A DNA stretch of 64,000 nucleotides, taken from an uncultured virus (IMG/VR IMGVR_UViG_3300007960_003098). Its lineage: Duplodnaviria > Heunggongvirae > Uroviricota > Caudoviricetes. Shown here one piece after another: positions 1 to 9,700 of this stretch. The notes under the pieces are model-generated. The model was given only the letters and a program-made list of their open reading frames with translations, ran no database searches and was not told where the DNA came from. The first letter of the stretch is position 1; every line of letters begins with the position of its first letter. The stretch lies in the IMG/VR virus record IMGVR_UViG_3300007960_003098, one strand, 5' to 3'. The translations under genes and the position numbers were made by a program.

Positions 1-1365
1 CTTTATCCAAACACTACAGGCAATAAGAAACTTATCGATAACGTAGTGCAGATGATCAATGCTGGCATGGGTGAGTTGACTGAGGGTGAAGTTGTATCAT
101 TCACCCCCGGATATACTAAATTGCCGGCGGATTTAGAAGATAAAGTATTATACTGGTATCAAGTAAAAGACACTGAAGACGGTAAATTTTTTAAAGCCGC
201 AATGGCACAGAAAGGCATCGACATTGAATATCGTGATGACTTACTTGATGCTTTCGTAGTAGTAAGATGGAAAGAGGGTAATAGAAAACAACGTGCCATG
301 ATCACTGTAGATGAGATTATGGAAAAACTAATTCAACAAGCATATAAAAATCCACCTGATGATCCAGACGATGTAGCAGAAGCATACGATCCGTATGACG
401 AAGCAGATGTACTGTTGAGATACGATCCTGCAGATAAAAAATTAAAAAAACGTTCTTGGGTACACGCTAAACTTGATCAAGCAAAACGTGAAGGTTGGAG
501 ATACTCAGCCGAAGAAGCGATGCGAGTACACGGTTACTTCCCAAGCAAGTATAAGCAGGGCGAGTTCATTAAAAAAGGCATCGATGGTAAGTGGGAAAAA
601 GTATTTCCTTATTCACAAAGAACAGACGAAAGAAATATCTGGGATAAGATCGAAGAAGATTATTACTGGAATGTAGGTGATGGTCAAGATGAACCAGCCG
701 CAGGCACGCAACCTAGCGAAGAATTACGTCTAAAGAAATCTCATCAGTATGCAGGCGCATTTGTTGGTGAAAGTGTTGCTAAGATCCGCAAGATGATCAA
801 AGAAACTAGTGATGAAGAAAAAGAAAAAACTGCACACTTGCATCGTAAGTTTTTTGAGATGATGGAAGGTGAAGTAATCAATGTAGATTTCAGAGAGCCT
901 GAAGCCAACAAACAACAGATCCAACAGAAGTATGAGCAAAGAGTACAATATCTAGCCAAGATCGAAGATGCGATAATGGGCATCCACGAAGAATTGGAAG
1001 AGATGGAACAGTTAGGTTTGTTGCCATTAAACATGTTAGATTTCTATCATGACTGTAAACAAATGATCAGATACATTCAAAACTTCAAAGACGAAGATGA
1101 TCCTTTACCTGATGATGACGGTAACTTCTTAGAATCGTTATTAAACAAGGCTAATGTTTTGAGAGAAGCATGGCTTAACAGAAAGGCTCATGCATTCGAA
1201 TCATTTAGAAATGATCCTATTCTAGCACCTATGCCCGGCGGTGATGTAGATACATCCGGTCCTAAAGTCCTTAGACCACAAGAGTTGAAAACAAAACGTG
1301 TAGGACCCCAGCCCGCTAAGTTCTGGAAGGTTGCCGAAAAGCACGATTATCTGCCAGAAAAATAA
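1..1365 (+). CDS. Acidic hypothetical protein, 5'-truncated by the window edge; possible virion/head-internal protein
   Basis: Frame is open from base 1 through the ORF-track start at 46; acidic, modular sequence; no recognisable catalytic motif. Confidence 0.6.
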   Translation, partial: LYPNTTGNKKLIDNVVQMINAGMGELTEGEVVSFTPGYTKLPADLEDKVLYWYQVKDTEDGKFFKAAMAQKGIDIEYRDDLLDAFVVVRWKEGNRKQRAMITVDEIMEKLIQQAYKNPPDDPDDVAEAYDPYDEADVLLRYDPADKKLKKRSWVHAKLDQAKREGWRYSAEEAMRVHGYFPSKYKQGEFIKKGIDGKWEKVFPYSQRTDERNIWDKIEEDYYWNVGDGQDEPAAGTQPSEELRLKKSHQYAGAFVGESVAKIRKMIKETSDEEKEKTAHLHRKFFEMMEGEVINVDFREPEANKQQIQQKYEQRVQYLAKIEDAIMGIHEELEEMEQLGLLPLNMLDFYHDCKQMIRYIQNFKDEDDPLPDDDGNFLESLLNKANVLREAWLNRKAHAFESFRNDPILAPMPGGDVDTSGPKVLRPQELKTKRVGPQPAKFWKVAEKHDYLPEK

Positions 1366-1427
1366 TTCCACCCCTCTCTAACGTAGTAAATAATAGTGTT
1401 ACGCTACTTTATTACAGAGAGGAAACA

Positions 1428-2438
1428 ATGGCAACTAGAAAGACAAAACGGGGCGCAAAAAAGGAAGAGGCAAATATTCCAGTAGAGCAACTACAAGAAG
1501 CTGTACAGGAAATGCAAGCGGGAGTTCCAAATCAGACCCCCAACCCAGGACAGAATCAAGTCCAAGTTAATGTAGACTTCTTAAGAACCACACGTGTGCA
1601 TATTGCTATGCCATGTTATGGTGGTATGCTTACTGAATCTACATTCATGAGTTTTATCAAGTGGGCTAACACTGCTCGCCAGTTAAACATTGACTGGACA
1701 CTTGAAACAATGGTAAATGAATCACTGATCAGTCGTGCAAGAAATACGCTAACTGCTAAGTTCTTGAACATGCCTGATGCAACTCACTTATTTTTCGTAG
1801 ACGCAGATATCGGTTGGGAGCCTTGGCATCTGTTAGTTCTACTTAACAGAGACGTAGACGTTATCGGTGGCTTGTACCCAATGAAGACTATGCCCATCAA
1901 GTGGGTAGTAAATGGATTCGATGGTGCAGAAGAAGGCCCTGATGGTCTACAAGAAGTTTCAAAAGCAGGTACAGGTTTCTTGTTGATGAAGAAGCATGTA
2001 TTTGGAAAAATGAACTCTCACCCTGCTGTGAAGCAGTACAAAAACGATATCGGCTTAGATCCAATCTTTGATCAGCACTTAAAAACTTATTTCGATACAG
2101 CAGTCCGTCAGAATCGTTACTATTCTGAAGACTGGACTTTCTGTGAGAACTGGCGTGATATGGGAGGAAAAATTTGGGTCGATAAGCGTGTACTTTTAAG
2201 ACACTCTGGATCATATGTTTTCTGTATGGAAAATCAACAGTATCTCATGGATAACATTGGTCCTCTTTATATGCAACAACAACAGCAACAACAAGCGTTG
2301 CAAGCACAACAGTTAACTCCAGATGCTGACGGTAATGTTACGTTAGACACTGGCGAAGTTCCTGCTCCGGCGCCCCAAGCCGTGGTAGAACAACCCCTGG
2401 TTAATGAACAACAGTTCGCTAAGCCAGGTGCTCCGTAA
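1428..2438 (+). CDS. GT-A-fold glycosyltransferase-like protein with low-complexity Q/P-rich termini
   Basis: VHIAMPCYGG start of fold, ESLISRARN, FVDADIGW (DxD), GTGFLL, SEDWTFC; RBS GAGGA; TAAATA at 1387. Confidence 0.75.
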   Translation: MATRKTKRGAKKEEANIPVEQLQEAVQEMQAGVPNQTPNPGQNQVQVNVDFLRTTRVHIAMPCYGGMLTESTFMSFIKWANTARQLNIDWTLETMVNESLISRARNTLTAKFLNMPDATHLFFVDADIGWEPWHLLVLLNRDVDVIGGLYPMKTMPIKWVVNGFDGAEEGPDGLQEVSKAGTGFLLMKKHVFGKMNSHPAVKQYKNDIGLDPIFDQHLKTYFDTAVRQNRYYSEDWTFCENWRDMGGKIWVDKRVLLRHSGSYVFCMENQQYLMDNIGPLYMQQQQQQQALQAQQLTPDADGNVTLDTGEVPAPAPQAVVEQPLVNEQQFAKPGAP

Positions 2439-2468
2439 TATAGTTCCTTAACTATATTGACTAAGTTG

Positions 2469-2498
2469 GCCGGCCCTCTCCCAGGGGCCGGCTTTTTT
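2469..2498 (+). terminator. Rho-independent terminator
   Basis: GCCGGCCC(tctccca)GGGGCCGGC stem-loop followed by TTTTTT. Confidence 0.9.
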
Positions 2499-2519
2499 AT
2501 TCCTGAAATAAATACTTTA

Positions 2520-2729
2520 ATGACAGCGAAGATTATTCTAATTGCTGACTTGATAGAAGAAAAGCTCCGCAAAGAACGTGAGCTAGAATTCTATGAAGAC
2601 GAATTAAAACGATTGCTGACCAAAATGAACTGGGTCCGGCAAGAGATTAGCCTCACTGAAACTATCATCAAACTGATTCAAAAAGAAGAAATTCCAAACT
2701 TACTCAAATCTATCGAAGATAAACGATAG
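2520..2729 (+). CDS. Small coiled-coil hypothetical protein
   Basis: ATG 5 nt after TAAATA (2509-2514); heptad-like charged sequence; the longer ORF-track start would run through the terminator. Confidence 0.65.
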   Translation: MTAKIILIADLIEEKLRKERELEFYEDELKRLLTKMNWVRQEISLTETIIKLIQKEEIPNLLKSIEDKR

Positions 2730-2791
2730 TTTCTTTCTTGTCAATAACTCTGTATATTGATAAATACTATATTATACACAGGGATTGACTA

Positions 2792-3487
2792 ATGAAATTC
2801 AACGAAATCACCGAATCTGCATCAGCAGGCGCTACTGGAGCCGGAAGTGTTGCTACAGTAAGTGCCCCATTGGGTACTCAGAAACGTTCAGGTTCTATGT
2901 TCACTGGCAAAAAGACCAAGCAGAAATACGCTAACAGCGCAGAAGCACGTAAGCAAGTATCTGAAGGCAAGATGAAAGAACTTGCGTATGATATCGAAAA
3001 CTTAGATAACGGTAACTTTATGAAAAAGTACGGTAAGTCTAAACAAGATATGCAGGCTATGTTACGTGAGGAAGAGATCATCGAACAAGATTTAATCATT
3101 CTTCCTGGCATGCGTAAAAAGAAAGACAAAAGTTTTATTACGCATGAAGAAGATCGCAGAGACCACGAAGTTGAAATGGCTAGAAGTGATCTTTTCGCAA
3201 TCGCTAAAAATGCAAAAGAACTTTATGATTTAATCAGATATCGCACTGAAGACGAAGGTATAATGGGTTGGCAACAATCTTATATTACTCTAGCAAGTGA
3301 TTACATTAGTTCAGTTAAAGACTCAATCGAACACCAAATGATGATGCGTGAAGCATCTGAGTATGGTCAAGGCGAAGATGACAGAATCAACACCGGTAAC
3401 ATCTTAGATAAAAAGCCCAAAGGTCCTAACACTGTAGGCATTCAAGGTGGAACACTTACCGGTACATCACTTGCGGAGAAGAAATAA
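2792..3487 (+). CDS. Putative head-internal protein (CTS-like N-terminus MKFNEITE)
   Basis: TAAATA at 2761; N-terminal tag; multiple hydrophobic-x-E sites. Confidence 0.55.
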   Translation: MKFNEITESASAGATGAGSVATVSAPLGTQKRSGSMFTGKKTKQKYANSAEARKQVSEGKMKELAYDIENLDNGNFMKKYGKSKQDMQAMLREEEIIEQDLIILPGMRKKKDKSFITHEEDRRDHEVEMARSDLFAIAKNAKELYDLIRYRTEDEGIMGWQQSYITLASDYISSVKDSIEHQMMMREASEYGQGEDDRINTGNILDKKPKGPNTVGIQGGTLTGTSLAEKK

Positions 3488-4174
3488 ATGTCTTGGGATA
3501 AAAAATTTGATGCAGAAAGAGCATACAAAGATGCACTACAAATTACAAAAGCAATTAAGTATTTTGATAATCATATAGAGATTATCAATGAAATACGTCA
3601 ACTTGCTGAACAACGTGGTATTGACGAAAAAGAATTAGAATATTACATCGACAGAGTTTATGAAGCAAAAAACGAATTAGAATCTGCTGTGTTTAATTTA
3701 GTAGAGCCATTTGAAGATGCTGTACGTTATGCTGATGATGACGATGAAGAAGATGAAGAAGATGTAAGAGAAAGCGGTGCAAATGATTTGTTTGGTATGC
3801 TTTCTAAACAGTTCGAAAAAGAATTCGGAGCCTCAATGTCAGATCCAATGGCGAAGAGATCAGAAAGACCTGACAGACAACGTCCTGAACCACACAGAGG
3901 CAATGACAAAAAAGAAGTCAAAGAATCCGTAGCAGTAAAACTTGCCAAGTCACAGACTTCACGCATCTTAGAAGGTATCGTTTCTAATACACATGAGAAA
4001 TGTCCTCATTGCGGTGGAGAGATGGTAAGCGAAGAATTGATTAACGAAAAGAAAGATGCTTGCTATTACAAAGTCAAGAGCCGTTATAAGGTATGGCCTT
4101 CTGCATATGCTAGCGGTGCGCTAGTACAATGCAGAAAGAAAGGCGCTAAAAATTGGGGTAAGAAAAGCAAATGA
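3488..4174 (+). CDS. Hypothetical protein: acidic N-terminus, CPHC motif, basic C-terminal module (KKDACYYKVKSRYKVWPSAYASGALVQCRKKG)
   Basis: ORF abuts neighbours; modular composition. Confidence 0.6.
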   Translation: MSWDKKFDAERAYKDALQITKAIKYFDNHIEIINEIRQLAEQRGIDEKELEYYIDRVYEAKNELESAVFNLVEPFEDAVRYADDDDEEDEEDVRESGANDLFGMLSKQFEKEFGASMSDPMAKRSERPDRQRPEPHRGNDKKEVKESVAVKLAKSQTSRILEGIVSNTHEKCPHCGGEMVSEELINEKKDACYYKVKSRYKVWPSAYASGALVQCRKKGAKNWGKKSK

Positions 4175-4530
4175 GATATCGTCAGATATTAGAAGCATGT
4201 TGGAAGGGATATGAAAGAGTTCCTGGCACTAAGCAAGGTACGCCCGGAAGCTGTAGGAAAATATCTGAACAAGAGCTAGAAGAAAATCTACGTAAATGGT
4301 TTAAAGAAAAGTGGGTCAGATTTGGTCCTGATGGTAAAATCAGGGGTTCTTGTGCTAGGGGTGATGACAGTGAAGGTAAACCAAAATGTTTACCACAAAA
4401 GAAAGCACAGTCACTAGGCAAGAAAGGTAGAGCAAGCGCCGCAAGACGCAAGCGCAGAGAAGATCCAAATCCAGAACGTAAGGGAAAAGCAAAGAACGTT
4501 GCTACAAAAAAGAAAAGTAGTAAAGGATAA
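4171..4530 (+). CDS. Small very basic Cys-containing protein, putative head-internal
   Basis: MRYRQILE tag; CWKGY and LRKWFKEKWV modules; ATGA overlap with previous gene. Confidence 0.6.
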   Translation: MRYRQILEACWKGYERVPGTKQGTPGSCRKISEQELEENLRKWFKEKWVRFGPDGKIRGSCARGDDSEGKPKCLPQKKAQSLGKKGRASAARRKRREDPNPERKGKAKNVATKKKSSKG

Positions 4531-4535
4531 TTACA

Positions 4536-4955
4536 ATGTTTGGTATAAGAGAATACGTAATAGGCGGACTACTTGTATTATTAGTAAGCATAACTTTAGC
4601 AGGTAGATGGTACTATAACAATTCACAAGAAACAATCAAAGTTCTAAACGAAAACATAGCCACACTAAAAGCTAATCAAGAACAATTACAGCAAGCAATT
4701 AAAGACAACAACGAAACGATTGTTAGACAACAGCAAGAAGCCCTGCAGATCGCTCAAGCAAATGACCAACTGCGTTCTCAGCTGGTTGCTTCTGAAAAAT
4801 ATGCAGATGACTTAGCAAGTAAGTTAAGAAGACATAACTTAACTGTTTTAACGATGCAAAAACCAGGACTAATAGAAAGACGAGTAAATGATGCAACAGA
4901 AAAATTATTCAGAGAGCTGGAAGAAATTACTGGTTCTAACCCTCCTAGCGAGTAG
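4536..4955 (+). CDS. Putative i-spanin (Rz-like)
   Basis: Single N-terminal TM helix followed by long coiled coil; overlaps a downstream lipoprotein gene. Confidence 0.65.
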   Translation: MFGIREYVIGGLLVLLVSITLAGRWYYNNSQETIKVLNENIATLKANQEQLQQAIKDNNETIVRQQQEALQIAQANDQLRSQLVASEKYADDLASKLRRHNLTVLTMQKPGLIERRVNDATEKLFRELEEITGSNPPSE

Positions 4956-5292
4956 TTTAGTCGGTTGTGCTACTACTGCTCCCGAACCCATTGTGGTGAC
5001 AAAAACTGAGTATGTCTACAGAGAGATTCCTATACAGGCTAGACCTAAACCCGTCACGCTGTACGACCTACAATTTTATGCAGTTACTAAAGAAAACTTA
5101 GATGATTTCTTAAAACGATTCGAAAAAGAGAACGGTGACGTTGTGTTTTTTGCTATCAGCGTTCCTGATTATGAGAACATATCATTAAACATGGGTGAGT
5201 TAAGACGTTTCATAGAATCACAAAATGCTATTATCTTGTACTATGAAGAAAACGTAAACAAGAAGCCAGAAGCAGAAAATGAGAGCAAATGA
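4888..5292 (+). CDS. Putative o-spanin (Rz1-like lipoprotein)
   Basis: Lipobox LLASSLVGC, Pro-rich mature N-terminus; overlaps i-spanin candidate in another frame. Confidence 0.65.
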   Translation: MMQQKNYSESWKKLLVLTLLASSLVGCATTAPEPIVVTKTEYVYREIPIQARPKPVTLYDLQFYAVTKENLDDFLKRFEKENGDVVFFAISVPDYENISLNMGELRRFIESQNAIILYYEENVNKKPEAENESK

Positions 5293-6280
5293 TTTTATTA
5301 CAGAAAAGTGGAGCGCAAAGTACAAGCGTTCTATAAACTGCAATAATCCAAAAGGATTCTCCCAACGTGCCCACTGTCAAGGTCGTAAGAAAAAGGTAGA
5401 AGAAAACGTTAACTTTGTCAAGCCCCAGTTTGATGTGGAATGGGAAGAAGCAAACCGTTATGATTTTTTAGACAAGCTAGGACAACAGGGCTGGGAAGAA
5501 CTTGCTAAAACTGGCAAAGCAGTAACAGTTACAAAAAACAGTGTAAAAAAGATTGGGAACACAGGTGCAGACGGTTCAGAAACACTGGATGATTTAGAAC
5601 CTGATAAAGTTGCAAGACTTAAAACAGCAATGAACTCGGGCACAGTGGAAATGCCCATTGTGATGAAACAGCCAAACGGTGAATTAGAACTAATAGCAGG
5701 TAATACAAGACTGATAGGCCTTATCAATACAGTAGGCAAGGCAACTGTTTGGTACATAGATGCAAGCAAACTGGAAGAAAACTTTGCTGATGGTAAGAAA
5801 AGGACTACAGAAGGCATGGGAGCAAGTGCAGGTGGCGGTACCCCCGGATCAGCAGGAGCAGGTGGTTCATCTTTAGGGCTACCTTATCCTTCTTCTTACG
5901 AAGAAGAAAACGATAAGTTTAAGCGAAAAGGACAGGAGCGTACTGTTGCTATGACTACTGAACAGAAAATATATAAACGAGATGAACTACCACAACTTAA
6001 TAGATCACACTTTGAGAACGGCGACTTTGAGATCGAAGAAGGCGAGGTCAAATTAAGTAAACTGATTCCTATTCAGACTGAGCGTGTGAAAGGCTTAGTA
6101 AAGAAAACTATAGAAATGATCGAAGGCGGTAAAGACAAACCTTTAATCATCGATAAGAAAGGCAGAATAGTTAACGGTCATCACAGATATGATGCATATA
6201 AAAAGCTGGAATATAAGAAAGTTCCAGTACTTAAAGTAAATGCAACAGTAGAACAATTAATCGATAAATACATGAAATAG
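5279..6280 (+). CDS. Modular protein with two ParB/sulfiredoxin-like domains, CTS-like N-terminus
   Basis: MPIV...LIAGNTRL and PLII...IVNGHHRYDA motifs; MRANDFITE start. Confidence 0.7.
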   Translation: MRANDFITEKWSAKYKRSINCNNPKGFSQRAHCQGRKKKVEENVNFVKPQFDVEWEEANRYDFLDKLGQQGWEELAKTGKAVTVTKNSVKKIGNTGADGSETLDDLEPDKVARLKTAMNSGTVEMPIVMKQPNGELELIAGNTRLIGLINTVGKATVWYIDASKLEENFADGKKRTTEGMGASAGGGTPGSAGAGGSSLGLPYPSSYEEENDKFKRKGQERTVAMTTEQKIYKRDELPQLNRSHFENGDFEIEEGEVKLSKLIPIQTERVKGLVKKTIEMIEGGKDKPLIIDKKGRIVNGHHRYDAYKKLEYKKVPVLKVNATVEQLIDKYMK

Positions 6281-6289
6281 GATTAAATC

Positions 6290-6733
6290 ATGCTTTCTGA
6301 ATATTTGAAAAAACTACTTGCTACTTCTTATGCATTTGTGATCAAATCGCAGAACTTTCACTGGAACGTTGAAGGTAGCGATTTCCCGCAATATCATAAA
6401 TTTCTAGGTAAACTATACGAAGAAGTATATGACAATACACTAGATAGAACCGCAGAATACATTCGTACATTAGACGAATACACTCCCGGGTCAATCGAAA
6501 GATTTGCTGAACTTTCTATGATACCAGATCAAACTATGATTCCTAGAGCAGAGTTAATGATGGCTGAATTGTTACGTGACAATGAGATCATCATTAAACT
6601 ACTTAAAGAATGCTATGACGTTTCTGAAGCGGAAAAAGAATATGGTATCTCTAATTTCATCGCCGAACGTTTAGATGCACACAATAAACATCGTTGGATG
6701 ATCAAAAGTATATTGAAAAAAGCTAGGGAGTAA
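6290..6733 (+). CDS. dps: Dps family ferritin-like DNA-protection protein
   Basis: KSQNFHWNVEGSDFPQYH, DRTAEYIR, HNKHRWM signatures. Confidence 0.92.
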   Translation: MLSEYLKKLLATSYAFVIKSQNFHWNVEGSDFPQYHKFLGKLYEEVYDNTLDRTAEYIRTLDEYTPGSIERFAELSMIPDQTMIPRAELMMAELLRDNEIIIKLLKECYDVSEAEKEYGISNFIAERLDAHNKHRWMIKSILKKARE

Positions 6734-6736
6734 ACA

Positions 6737-9700
6737 ATGCTTCCAAGAGAGATACTTAAAGAGTATAATACCGAGAAAACCGCACAGAACTTTGGCAAAA
6801 AGTTATTCTTAAGGTACTTCCAAGACTTAGAACAAACACCCGGTGCACAGACTGTCACTGGTATTCCTATGGATGTATGGCTAAAGCAAAATGAACTACA
6901 AGAAGTTGTAGACAATCCCCAAACTAGTCCAGAAGAAAAAGCCAAAGCAGAAGAAGCTATTGAGAAATTAAGAACTAAGGCTGTTTTCAAACTGCTAAAA
7001 AAGTTCGAAGAAATCGATCCAACTAACAATAAAGAATATGTGCAATGGATGGTAAGAACTTACATCAACGATCAGATGAGTATCGAAGATATCGGTTCTA
7101 CCGTTGCAGAATATCTAGCTAAATTCAATGCACTAAAAATCAAGCGTCACATCAAGCCACCAAAGAACGATATTGGTCAGTATAAGTCTTTTAATGATTT
7201 CATGAATGAAGTCGATCAGTATCAAGATCCACTGGAAGCTGACAAAGACAAACAAGCAGAGCGTGGTAAGTATGAATTGATCTATGATGCTGACAACTTG
7301 TTAGTATTGAAACCAAAAGATAAAACTTCCGCTTGCTTCTTTGGTAGAGGCACACGTTGGTGTACGGCTGCTACTAGAGGTCATAACTACTTCAGCCACT
7401 ATAATAGACAAGGCCCGATGTATATCATCATTCCCAGAAAGCCATCACATCCGGGTGAGAAATATCAGTTCCACTTTGATTCTAGACAGTACGCAGAAGA
7501 ATCTGATACAATGCTCAATCAAGGTGAGCTTGTACAACTAGTAGAGAAATATCCACAGCTAGCAGATATCTTTAAACAGCAAGCAGAAGAATATGGTTTG
7601 TTTTGGTTACAGAAGCCTATCATCAAAAAAGATGAAACTTACACTCTATACATCTACAAGAAAAATAATAGACCCTTCTTGCGTGTAGTTCCAAAGAATC
7701 CATCTCACGAAGGTGAAGAATATTTTATCGAAAAAGATATTAATGATCGTGTAGAGATAAGAAACGAGAGTAACAGATCGTTATCTCCAATAGAGAAATA
7801 TAACTTTGTAGAAAATATGCCCGGCTTAACTGAAAAGCTAGGCATAGATATCGACGGTTATGATCCAAAGACTGCTGAAAAAATACAAAAAGGTGATAAC
7901 ACGTATGTGAAGTTTGGTGAAAAGTATGCTATCATAGATACTTCAGATGGAAAATTTGTAACCAGTTTGGTCGGTGACACTTCATATGGATCTGGTGATT
8001 TGAAAAAAGGAATATATCGCTGGGTTCCTAAATCTGAACAACGCCGTTCTACTTACGAGGAAGTGAATCCATATGAGTTTATGATAGAGCATCCTGAACT
8101 CAATACTATGTTCAAAGATGCGCTTAATCGTATACAAAATGCTACTAGTGACTTAGGAAGAAGACACGGAAGCAATTCTTCAGCCAAATATGGATGGATG
8201 GCTCCTCATTCTAGTATAGATACTCAGAACGGTAAAGTATACGAGTTTGGTCAGAACGGGAAACCTGTTGCTTATTATATAAAAGATAACGATGTTGGGG
8301 GACAAGAAGGTATAGTATTTTCTATGGACCCTAACGGTGAAGTAGATAACATAGAAACTATGGATGCTCGGGGTAATCTTGAGAAAATGTCATTCTTGCA
8401 ACAAGTTGCTTTCTTAGATAGACATGCTGATCTAAAAGACATGTTGCCCGGTACAAAAGCATTCAATCCAGAAGAAATCGATATAGGCAATGCTGTACTT
8501 AAAAAATATCATACTCAGACTGAAAGAGCCGATAGAGATATAATCACCAAAGACAATTATTTCTTGATTCCAAAAGATCCAAGTCGCCCCGGAGAGAAAT
8601 ATTCTTTAACTATCAAATATCGGGGTGAAGCACAACCAGCTACTGATCAGATAGAAAATAAAACTTTTGTCGGTGCTGATATTTCTGCGTTCGCTGATGA
8701 TCGTGCTAAACCTATAGACCTCACTTCTACTCGCTCATACGGCTACAGATATGATCAAGAAAGATCAGTACCTGGCTTAATAAACCATTTTATAGAAAAA
8801 TTTCCCGGTCTAGAAAAATTTGTATCACCTGACAATAGTATGAGTCATTCAGGTGGTTACGGATATGACAGAACAAAATATGTTCCTGGACAAACTATTG
8901 ACAACGACCGAGTTAAAGTTAAAAGATTTGATGAGGTAGATCGTGCAGGTAATGCTACATCACACGGTACACCTAGACTATTAGTTACTGATAAGCAGAC
9001 AGGTGATTCTTACGTAGTCACTACGCAGGCTAGAGACAGAAGAGGTAAGACAGGTAAGATCGGGCGAATCGAAGTAAACGCTATACCAAAAGATTTGATC
9101 AATTGGGGCGAAACTGATGATGATAAGAAATTAAATGCAAAAACACTTGGCGAAGCTGAGATAATCGCATTATTCAGAAAATTCCCTGAGATGGTAGATG
9201 TTATCAAGAAAGAGAACATCCACCCCAAATCGCCTCACCCTGCTTTAGTAAAAGTTGCAGATAGTGAAGAAGACTTACAAGTTAAAACAGATACATTCAG
9301 GGTAGAAAGACGTCCTGACGATCCCGGCAGAGAAGATATTTTCTTTAAAGATCCTAACAAAGAAAACGTAGCATTTCAATATAGTGAAGATTATAATGAT
9401 CGCTATGGTAGAAAAGAAAATCTTCCTGCTATGATAACAATCGCATCACAAATGATTGACAGGGGTTACAGGGGTGATACTGAACAGTACGGCTCTCATG
9501 CATGGTATAGATTAATGAATGAGAACCCTGCGTTAAAAGAGTATGTCAAAGAAAGAACAAAAAATGACTATATTGGTGTAGTTGGCGCCGGTGAACCGGA
9601 TGAAGTTAAAACCTTAGGTAATATCAGAGAATACATCTTTAATGCTAAGAATGGTAGGATGCTATATTTTACTCCAATAACTAATCCAGTGAAAGATTCT

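Noticed and set aside
2272..2312. CAA/CAG repeat tract
   Set aside because: Encodes an in-frame poly-Gln stretch of the GT-like protein; not a separate repeat element
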